A stretch of DNA of 64,000 nucleotides from the human T2T-CHM13v2.0 reference genome, Homo sapiens. Location: assembly GCF_009914755.1 (NCBI RefSeq), contig NC_060947.1; one strand, written 5' to 3'. Below, piece after piece: positions 10,801 to 22,285 of this stretch; the first letter of the stretch is position 1, and the number at the start of each line of letters is the position of its first letter. The notes under the pieces were generated by a model. It was not told the DNA's origin and did not search any database. It saw nothing but the letters and a program-made list of their open reading frames with translations. The translations under genes were made by a program, and so were the position numbers.

Positions 10801-13800
10801 TCCTCAGAGAGCTCCAAATATCCACCTGCAGATTCTACCAAAAGTGTATTTGGAAACTGCTCCATCAAAAGGCATGTTCAGCTCTGTGAGTGAAACTCCA
10901 TCATCACAAAGAATATTCTGAGAATGCTTCCGTTTGCCTTTTATATGAAGTTCCTTCCTGTACTACCGTAGGCCTCAAAGCAGTCCAAATCTCCATTTGC
11001 AGATTCTACAAAAAGAGTGATTCCAATCTGCTCTATCAATAGGATTGTTCAACTCCATGAGTTGAATGCCATCCTCACAAAGTAGTTTCTGAGAATGCTT
11101 CTATCTGGTTTTTGTGTGAAGATATTTCCTTTTCCACCACAGGCCTCAAAGCCCTCCAAACGTCCACTTGCAGATTCTCGAAAAAGAGTGTTTCATAGCT
11201 GCTCTTTCAAAAGGAAAGTTCAACTCTGGGAGTTGAATACAAACATCACAAAATAGTTTCCGAGAATGCTTCAGTTTAGTTTTTATGTGAAGATGATCCC
11301 GTTTCCAGTGAAATCTTCAAAGAGGTCCACATATCCCCTTGCAGATTCCAAAGAAAGAGGGTTTCAAAACTGCTCCATCAGAAGGATTGTTCAACTCTGT
11401 GAGTTGAATGCAGTCATCGCAGAAAACTTTCTGAGAATGCTTCTGTCTAGGTTTGATGTGAAGATATAGATGTTTCAACCGAAGGCTACAAAGTGGTCAA
11501 AATATACACTTGCAGATTCTACTACAAGGGTGTTGCAAACCTGAACTATCAAAGGAAGGTTCAACTCTGTGAGTTGAATACAAACATCACAAAGAATGTT
11601 CTGAGTTTGCTTCCGTTCAGTTATGGGAAGTTGATCCCGTTTCCAACGAAATCCTCAGAGAGGTCCAAATATCCCCTTGCAGATTCTACAAAACGTGTGT
11701 TTGGAAACTGCTCCATCATAACGAATGTTCAGCTCCCTGAGTTAAACTCCATCGTCACAAAGAATTTTCTGAGAGTGCTACCGTCTGGTTTTTATATGAA
11801 GTTCTTTCCTTCACTACCACAGGCCTCAAAGCGGTCCAAATCTCCACTTGCAGATTCTACAAAAAGAGTGTTTGCAAACTGCTCTATCAAAAGGAATGTT
11901 CAACTCTGGGAGTTGAATGCAATCATCACAGAGCAGTTTCTGAGAATGCTTCTATGTCGTTTTTAGGAGAAGATATTTCCTTTTCCAACACAATCCTCCA
12001 AGCCCGCTAAATAGCCACTTGCACATTGTAGAAAAAGTGTGTCAAAGCTGCGCTATCAAAGGGAAAGTTCAACTCTGTGAGGTGAATGCAAACATCCCAA
12101 AGAAGTTTCTGAGAATGCTTCCGTTTAGCTTTTAGGTGAAGATTATCCCGTTTCCAACGAAACCTTCAAAGAGGTCCAAATATCCCCTTGCGGATCCCAC
12201 AGAAAGAGTGTTTCGAAACTGCTGTTTCAAAAGGAATCTTCAACTCTGTGAGTTGAATGCAATCATCACAAAGAAGTTTCTGACAATGCTTCTCTCTCGT
12301 CTTTCTGTGAAGATAAAGGAAAAGGCTTTCAGGCCTTTTCCACCACAGGCCTGAAAGCGCTCCAAATGTCCACTTGCAGATTCTGCCAAAAGAATATTTC
12401 AAAACTGCTCTATGAAAAGCAATGTTAAACTCTGTGGCTGGAACACAAACATCACAAAGCGGTTTCTGAGAATGTTTCAGTTTAGTTTTTCTGTGGAAAT
12501 ATTCCCGTTTCCAAAGAAATCTTCAAAGAGGTCCACGTATCCACTTACAGATTCTACAAAAAGACAGTTTCAAAACTGCTCCATCAAAAGGAGGGTTCAA
12601 CTGTGTGACTTGAATGCAATCATCACTCAGAAGTTTCTGAGAATGCTTCTCTTTAGTTTTTACGTGAACATATACCCGTTTCGAACGAAGGCCACCCAGT
12701 GGTCCAAATATCCACTTGCAGATTATACAGAAAGAGTGTTTCGAACCTGAACTCTCAAAGGCAGGTTCATCTCTGCGAGTTAAATGCATTCATCATGAAG
12801 AACTTTCTCAGAGTGTTTGTGTTTAGTTATGGGAAATTATTCCCGTTTCCAACGAAATCCTCAGAGAGCTCCAAATATCCACCTGCAGATTCTACCAAAA
12901 GTGTATTTGGAAACTGCTCCATCAAAAGGCATGTTCAGCTCTGTGAGTGAAACTCCATCATCACAAAGAATATTCTGAGAATGCTTCCGTTTGCCTTTTA
13001 TATGAAGTTCCTTCCTGTACTACCGTAGGCCTCAAAGCAGTCCAAATCTCCATTTGCAGATTCTACAAAAAGAGTGATTCCAATCTGCTCTATCAATAGG
13101 ATTGTTCAACTCCATGAGTTGAATGCCATCCTCACAAAGTAGTTTCTGAGAATGCTTCTATCTGGTTTTTGTGTGAAGATATTTCCTTTTCCACCACAGG
13201 CCTCAAAGCCCTCCAAACGTCCACTTGCAGATTCTCGAAAAAGAGTGTTTCATAGCTGCTCTTTCAAAAGGAAAGTTCAACTCTGGGAGTTGAATACAAA
13301 CATCACAAAATAGTTTCCGAGAATGCTTCAGTTTAGTTTTTATGTGAAGATGATCCCGTTTCCAGTGAAATCTTCAAAGAGGTCCACATATCCCCTTGCA
13401 GATTCCAAAGAAAGAGGGTTTCAAAACTGCTCCATCAGAAGGATTGTTCAACTCTGTGAGTTGAATGCAGTCATCGCAGAAAACTTTCTGAGAATGCTTC
13501 TGTCTAGGTTTGATGTGAAGATATAGATGTTTCAAACGAAGGCTACAAAGTGGTCAAAATATACACTTGCAGATTCTACTACAAGGGTGTTGCAAACCTG
13601 AACTATCAAAGGAAGGTTCAACTCTGTGAGTTGAATACAAACATCACAAAGAATGTTCTGAGTTTGCTTCCGTTCAGTTATGGGAAGTTGATCCCGTTTC
13701 CAACGAAATCCTCAGAGAGGTCCAAATATCCCCTTGCAGATTCTACAAAACGTGTGTTTGGAAACTGCTCCATCATAACGAATGTTCAGCTCCCTGAGTT

Positions 13801-16800
13801 AAACTCCATCGTCACAAAGAATTTTCTGAGAGTGCTACCGTCTGGTTTTTATATGAAGTTCTTTCCTTCACTACCACAGGCCTCAAAGCGGTCCAAATCT
13901 CCACTTGCAGATTCTACAAAAAGAGTGTTTGCAAACTGCTCTATCAAAAGGAATGTTCAACTCTGGGAGTTGAATGCAATCATCACAGAGCAGTTTCTGA
14001 GAATGCTTCTATGTCGTTTTTAGGAGAAGATATTTCCTTTTCCAACACAATCCTCCAAGCCTGCTAAATAGCCACTTGCACATTGTAGAAAAAGTGTGTC
14101 AAAGCTGCGCTATCAAAGGGAAAGTTCAACTCTGTGAGGTGAATGCAAACATCCCAAAGAAGTTTCTGAGAATGCTTCCGTTTAGCTTTTAGGTGAAGAT
14201 TATCCCGTTTCCAACGAAACCTTCAAAGAGGTCCAAATATCCCCTTGCGGATCCCACAGAAAGAGTGTTTCGAAACTGCTGTTTCAAAAGGAATCTTCAA
14301 CTCTGTGAGTTGAATGCAATCATCACAAAGAAGTTTCTGACAATGCTTCTCTCTCGTCTTTCTGTGAAGATAAAGGAAAAGGCTTTCAGGCCTTTTCCAC
14401 CACAGGCCTGAAAGCGCTCCAAATGTCCACTTGCAGATTCTGCCAAAAGAATATTTCAAAACTGCTCTATGAAAAGCAATGTTAAACTCTGTGGCTGGAA
14501 CACAAACATCACAAAGCGGTTTCTGAGAATGTTTCAGTTTAGTTTTTCTGTGGAAATATTCCCGTTTCCAAAGAAATCTTCAAAGAGGTCCACGTATCCA
14601 CTTACAGATTCTACAAAAAGACAGTTTCAAAACTGCTCCATCAAAAGGAGGGTTCAACTGTGTGACTTGAATGCAATCATCACTCAGAAGTTTCTGAGAA
14701 TGCTTCTCTTTAGTTTTTACGTGAACATATACCCGTTTCGAACGAAGGCCACCCAGTGGTCCAAATATCCACTTGCAGATTATACAGAAAGAGTGTTTCG
14801 AACCTGAACTCTCAAAGGCAGGTTCATCTCTGCGAGTTAAATGCATTCATCATGAAGAACTTTCTCAGAGTGTTTGTGTTTAGTTATGGGAAATTATTCC
14901 CGTTTCCAACGAAATCCTCAGAGAGCTCCAAATATCCACCTGCAGATTCTACCAAAAGTGTATTTGGAAACTGCTCCATCAAAAGGCATGTTCAGCTCTG
15001 TCAGTGAAACTCCATCATCACAAAGAATATTCTGAGAATGCTTCCGTTTGCCTTTTATCTGAAGTTCCTTCCTGTACTACCGTAGGCCTCAAAGCAGTCC
15101 AAATCTCCATTTGCAGATTCTACAAAAAGAGTGATTCCAATCTGCTCTATCAATAGGATTGTTCAACTCCATGAGTTGAATGCCATCCTCACAAAGTAGT
15201 TTCTGAGAATGCTTCTATCTGGTTTTTGTGTGAAGATATTTCCTTTTCCACCACAGGCCTCAAAGCCCTCCAAACGTCCACTTGCAGATTCTAGAAAAAG
15301 AGTGTTTCATAGCTGCTCTTTCAAAAGGAAAGTTCAACTCTGGGAGTTGAATACAAACATCACAAAATAGTTTCCGAGAATGCTTCTGTTTAGTTTTTAT
15401 GTGAAGATGATCCCGTTTCCAGTGAAATCTTCAAAGAGGTCCACATATCCTCTTGCAGATTCCAAAGAAAGAGGGTTTCAAAACTGCTCCATCAAAAGGA
15501 TTGTTCAACTCTGTGAGTTGAATGCAGTCATCGCAGAAAACTTTCTGAGAATGCTTCTGTCTAGGTTTGATGTGAAGATATAGATGTTTCAAACGAAGGC
15601 TACAAAGTGGTCAAAATATACACTTGCAGATTCTACTACAAGAGTGTTGCAAACCTGAACTATCAAAGGAAGGTTCAACTCTGTGAGTTGAATACAAACA
15701 TCACAAAGAATGTTCTGAGTTTGCTTCCGTTCAGTTATGGGAAGTTGATCCCGTTTCCAACGAAATCCTCAGAGAGGTCCAAATATCCCCTCGCAGATTC
15801 TACAAAACGTGTGTTTGGAAACTGCTCCATCATAACGAATGTTCAGCTCCCTGAGTTAAACTCCATCGTCACAAAGAATTTTCTGAGAGTGCTACCGTCT
15901 GGTTTTTATATGAAGTTCTTTCCTTCACTACCACAGGCCTCAAAGCGGTCCAAATCTCCACTTGCAGATTCTACAAAAAGAGTGTTTGCAAACTGCTCTA
16001 TCAAAAGGAATGTTCAACTCTGGGAGTTGAATGCAATCATCACAGAGCAGTTTCTGAGAATGCTTCTATGTCGTTTTTAGGAGAAGATATTTCCTTTTCC
16101 AACACAGTCCTCCAAGCCCGCTAAATAGCCACTTGCACATTGTAGAAAAAGTGTGTCAAAGCTGCGCTATCAAAGGGAAAGTTCAACTCTGTGAGGTGAA
16201 TGCAAACATCCCAAAGAAGTTTCTGAGAATGCTTCCGTTTAGCTTTTAGGTGAAGATTATCCCGTTTCCAACGAAACCTTCAAAGAGGTCCAAATATCCC
16301 CTTGCGGATCCCACAGAAAGAGTGTTTCGAAACTGCTGTTTCAAAAGGAATCTTCAACTCTGTGAGTTGAATGCAATCATCACAAAGAAGTTTCTGACAA
16401 TGCTTCTCTCTCGTCTTTCTGTGAAGATAAAGGAAAAGGCTTTCAGGCCTTTTCCACCACAGGCCTGAAAGCGCTCCAAATGTCCACTTGCAGATTCTGC
16501 GAAAAGAATATTTCAAAACTGCTCTATGAAAAGCAATGATAAACCCTGTGGCTCGAACACAAACATCACAAAGCGGTTTCTGAGAATGCTTCAGTTTAGT
16601 TTTTCTGTGGAAATATTCCCGTTTCCAAAGAAATCTTCAAAGAGGTCCACGTATCCACTTACAGATTCTACAAAAAGACAGTTTCAAAACTGCTCCATCA
16701 AAAGGAGGGTTCAACTGTGTGACTTGAATGCAATCATCACTCAGAAGTTTCTGAGAATGCTTCTCTTTAGTTTTTACGTGAACATATACCCGTTTCGAAC

Positions 16801-19800
16801 GAAGGCCACCCAGTGGTCCAAATATCCACTTGCAGATTCTACAGAAAGAGTGTTTCGAACCTGAACTCTCAAAGGAAGGTTCATCTCTGCGAGTTAAATG
16901 CATTCATCATGAAGAACTTTCTCAGAGTGTTTCTGTTTAGTTATGGGAAATTATTCCCGTTTCCAACGAAATCCTCAGAGAGCTCCAAATATCCACCTGC
17001 AGATTCTACCAAAAGTGTATTTGGAAACTGCTCCATCAAAAGGCATGTTCAGCTCTGTGAGTGAAACTCCATCAGCACAAAGAATATTCTGAGAATGCTT
17101 CCGTTTGCCTTTTATATGAAGTTCCTTCCTATACGACCGTAGGCCTCAAAGCAGTCCAAATCTCCATTTGCAGATTCTACAAAAAGAGTGATTCCAATCT
17201 GCTCTATCAATAGGATTGTTCAACTCCATGAGTTGAATGCCATCCTCACAAAGTCGTTTCTGAGAATGCTTCTATCTAGTTTTTATGTGAAGATATTTCC
17301 TTTTCCACCACAGGCCTCAAAGCCCTCCAAACGTCCACTTGCAGATTCTCGAAAAGGAGTGTTTTATAGCTGCTCTTTCAAAAGGAAAGTTCAACTCTGG
17401 GAGTTGAATACAAACATCACAAAGTAGTTTCCGAGAATGCTTCTGTTTAGTTTTTATGTGAAGATGATCCCGTTTCCAGTGAAATCTTCAAAGAGGTCCA
17501 CATATCCCCTTGCAGATTCCAAAGAAAGAGGGTTTCAAAACTGCTCCATCAGAAGGATTGTTCAACTCTGTGAGTTGAATGCAGTCATCGCAGAAAACTT
17601 TCTGAGAATGCTTCTGTCTAGGTTTGATGTGAAGATATAGACGTTTCAAACGAAGGCTACAAAGTGGTCAAAATATACACTTGCAGATTCTACTACAAGG
17701 GTGTTGCAAACCTGAACTATCAAAGGAAGGTTCAACTCTGTGAGTTGAATACAAACATCACAAAGAATGTTCTGAGTTTGCTTCCGTTCAGTTATGGGAA
17801 GTTGATCCCGTTTCCAACGAAATCCTCAGAGAGGTCCAAATATCCCCTCGCAGATTCTACAAAACGTGTGTTTGGAAACTGCTCCATCATAACGAATGTT
17901 CAGCTCCCTGAGTTAAACTCCATCGTCACAAAGAATTTTCTGAGAGTGCTACCGTCTGGTTTTTATATGAAGTTCTTTCCTTCACTACCACAGGCCTCAA
18001 AGCGGTCCAAATCTCCACTTGCAGATTCTACAAAAAGAGTGTTTGCAAACTGCTCTATCAAAAGGAATGTTCAACTCTGGGAGTTGAATGCAATCATCAC
18101 AGAGCAGTTTCTGAGAATGCTTCTATGTCGTTTTTAGGAGAAGATATTTCCTTTTCCAACACAGTCCTCCAAGCCCGCTAAATAGCCACTTGCACATTGT
18201 AGAAAAAGTGTGTCAAAGCTGCGCTATCAAAGGGAAAGTTCAACTCTGTGAGGTGAATGCAAACATCCCAAAGAAGTTTCTGAGAATGCTTCCGTTTAGC
18301 TTTTAGGTGAAGATTATCCCGTTTCCAACGAAACCTTCAAAGAGGTCCAAATATCCCCTTGCGGATCCCACAGAAAGAGTGTTTCGAAACTGCTGTTTCA
18401 AAAGGAATCTTCAACTCTGTGAGTTGAATGCAATCATCACAAAGAAGTTTCTGACAATGCTTCTCTCTCGTCTTTCTGTGAAGATAAAGGAAAAGGCTTT
18501 CAGGCCTTTTCCACCACAGGCCTGAAAGCGCTCCAAATGTCCACTTGCAGATTCTGCCAAAAGAATATTTCAAAACTGCTCTATGAAAAGCAATGTTAAA
18601 CTCTGCGGCTCGAACACAAACATCACAAAGCGGTTTCTGAGAATGCTTCAGTTTAGTTTTTCTGTGGAAATATTCCCGTTTCCAAAGAAATCTTCAAAGA
18701 GGTCCACGTATCCACTTACAGATTCTACAAAAAGACAGTTTCAAAACTGCTCCATCAAAAGGAGGGTTCAACTGTGTGACTTGAATGCAATCATCACTCA
18801 GAAGTTTCTGAGAATGCTTCTCTTTAGTTTTTACGTGAACATATACCCGTTTCGAACGAAGGCCACCCAGTGGTCCAAATATCCACTTGCAGATTCTACA
18901 GAAAGAGTGTTTCGAACCTGAACTCTCAAAGGCAGGTTCATCTCTGCGAGTTAAATGCATTCATCATGAAGAACTTTCTCAGCGTGTTTGTGTTTAGTTA
19001 TGGGAAATTATTCCCGTTTCCAACGAAATCCTCAAAGAGCTCCAAATATCCACCTGCAGATTCTACCAAAAGTGTATTTGGAAACTGCTCCATCAAAAGG
19101 CATGTTCAGCTCTGTGAGTGAAACTCCATCATCACAAAGAATATTCTGAGAATGCTTCCGTTTGCCTTTTATATGAAGTTCCTTCCTATACGACCGTAGG
19201 CCTCAAAGCAGTCCAAATCTCCATTTGCAGATTCTACAAAAAGAGTGATTCCAATCTGCTCTATCAATAGGATTGTTCAACTCCATGAGTTGAATGCCAT
19301 CCTCACAAAGTAGTTTCTGAGAATGCTTCTATCTAGTTTTTATGTGAAGATATTTCCTTTTCCACCACAGGCCTCAAAGCCCTCCAAACGTCCACTTGCA
19401 GATTCTCGAAAAAGAGTGTTTCATAGCTGCTCTTTCAAAAGGAAAGTTCAACTCTGGCAGTTGAATACAAACATCACAAAGTAGTTTCCGAGAATGCTTC
19501 TGTTTAGTTTTTATGTGAAGATGATCCCGTTTCCAGTGAAATCTTCAAAGAGGTCCACATATCCCCTTGCAGATTCCAAAGAAAGAGGGTTTCAAAACTG
19601 CTCCATCAGAAGGATTGTTCAACTCTGTGAGTTGAATGCAGTCATCGCAGAAAACTTTCTGAGAATGCTTCTGTCTAGGTTTGATGTGAAGATATAGACG
19701 TTTCAAACGAAGGCTACAAAGTGGTCAAAATATACACTTGCAGATTCTACTACAAGGGTGTTGCAAACCTGAACTATCAAAGGAAGGTTCAACTCTGTGA

Positions 19801-22285
19801 GTTGAATACAAACATCACAAAGAATGTTCTGAGTTTGCTTCCGTTCAGTTATGGGAAGTTGATCCCGTTTCCAACGAAATCCTCAGAGAGGTCCAAATAT
19901 CCCCTTGCAGATTCTACAAAACGTGTGTTTGGAAACTGCTCCATCATAACGAATGTTCAGCTCCCTGAGTTAAACTCCATCGTCACAAAGAATTTTCTGA
20001 GAGTGCTACCGTCTGGTTTTTATATGAAGTTCTTTCCTTCACTACCACAGGCCTCAAAGCGGTCCAAATCTCCACTTGCAGATTCTACAAAAAGAGTGTT
20101 TGCAAACTGCTCTATCAAAAGGAATGTTCAACTCTGGGAGTTGAATGCAATCATCACAGAGCAGTTTCTGAGAATGCTTCTATGTCGTTTTTAGGAGAAG
20201 ATATTTCCTTTTCCAACACAGTCCTCCAAGCCCGCTAAATAGCCACTTGCACATTGTAGAAAAAGTGTGTCAAAGCTGCGCTATCAAAGGGAAAGTTCAA
20301 CTCTGTGAGGTGAATGCAAACATCCCAAAGAAGTTTCTGAGAATGCTTCCGTTTAGCTTTTAGGTGAAGATTATCCCGTTTCCAACGAAACCTTCAAAGA
20401 GGTCCAAATATCCCCTTGCGGATCCCACAGAAAGAGTGTTTCGAAACTGCTGTTTCAAAAGGAATCTTCAACTCTGTGAGTTGAATGCAATCATCACAAA
20501 GAAGTTTCTGACAATGCTTCTCTCTCGTCTTTCTGTGAAGATAAAGGAAAAGGCTTTCAGGCCTTTTCCACCACAGGCCTGAAAGCGCTCCAAATGTCCA
20601 CTTGCAGATTCTGCGAAAAGAATATTTCAAAACTGCTCTATGAAAAGCAATGTTAAACTCTGTGGCTCGAACACAAACATCACAAAGCGGTTTCTGAGAA
20701 TGCTTCAGTTTAGTTTTTCTGTGGAAATATTCCCGTTTCCAAAGAAATCTTCAAAGAGGTCCACGTATCCACTTACAGATTCTACAAAAAGACAGTTTCA
20801 AAACTGCTCCATCAAAAGGAGGGTTCAACCGTGTGACTTGAATGCAATCATCACTCAGAAGTTTCTGAGAATGCTTCTCTTTAGTTTTTACGTGAACATA
20901 TACCCGTTTCGAACGAAGGCCACCCAGTGGTCCAAATATCCACTTGCAGATTATACAGAAAGAGTGTTTCGAACCTGAACTCTCAAAGGCAGGTTCATCT
21001 CTGCGAGTTAAATGCATTCATCATGAAGAACTTTCTCAGAGTGTTTGTGTTTAGTTATGGGAAATTATTCCCGTTTCCAACGAAATCCTCTGAGAGCTCC
21101 AAATATCCACCTGCAGATTCTACCAAAAGTGTATTTGGAAACTGCTCCATCAAAAGGCATGTTCAGCTCTGTGAGTGAAACTCCATCATCACAAAGAATA
21201 TTCTGAGAATGCTTCCGTTTGCCTTTTATATGAAGTTCCTTCCTGTACTACCGTAGGCCTCAAAGCAGTCCAAATCTCCATTTGCAGATTCTATAAAAAG
21301 AGTGATTCCAATCTGCTCTATCAATAGGATTGTTCAACTCCATGATTTGAATGCCATCCTCACAAAGCAGTTTCTGAGAATGCTTCTATCTGGTTTTTGT
21401 GTGAAGATATTTCCTTTTCCACCACAGGCCTCAAAGCCCTCCAAACGTCCACTTGCAGATTCTCGAAAAAGAGTGTTTCATAGCTGCTCTTTCAAAAGGA
21501 AAGTTCAACTCTGGGAGTTGAATGCAAACATCACAAAGTAGTTTCCGAGAATGCTTCTGTTTAGTTTTTATGTGAAGATGATCCCGTTTCCAGTGAAATC
21601 TTCAAAGAGGTCCACATATCCCCTTGCAGATTCCAAAGAAAGAGGGTTTCAAAACTGCTCCATCTGAAGGATTGTTCAACTCTGTGAGTTGAATGCAGTC
21701 ATCGCAGAAAACTTTCTGAGAATGCTTCTGTCTAGGTTTGATGTGAAGATATAGACGTTTCAAACGAAGGCTACAAAGTGGTCAAAATATACACTTGCAG
21801 ATTCTACTACAAGGGTGTTGCAAACCTGAACTATCAAAGGAAGGTTCAACTCTGTGAGTTGAATACAAACATCACAAAGAATGTTCTGAGTTTGCTTCCG
21901 TTCAGTTATGGGAAGTTGATCCCGTTTCCAACGAAATCCTCAGAGAGGTCCAAATATCCCCTCGCAGATTCTACAAAACGTGTGTTTGGAAACTGCTCCA
22001 TCATAACGAATGTTCAGCTCCCTGAGTTAAACTCCATCGTCACAAAGAATTTTCTGAGAGTGCTACCGTCTGGTTTTTATATGAAGTTCTTTCCTTCACT
22101 ACCACAGGCCTCAAAGCGGTCCAAATCTCCACTTGCAGATTCTACAAAAAGAGTGTTTGCAAACTGCTCTATCAAAAGGAATGTTCAACTCTGGGAGTTG
22201 AATGCAATCATCACAGAGCAGTTTCTGAGAATGCTTCTATGTCGTTTTTAGGAGAAGATATTTCCTTTTCCAACACAGTCCTCCA

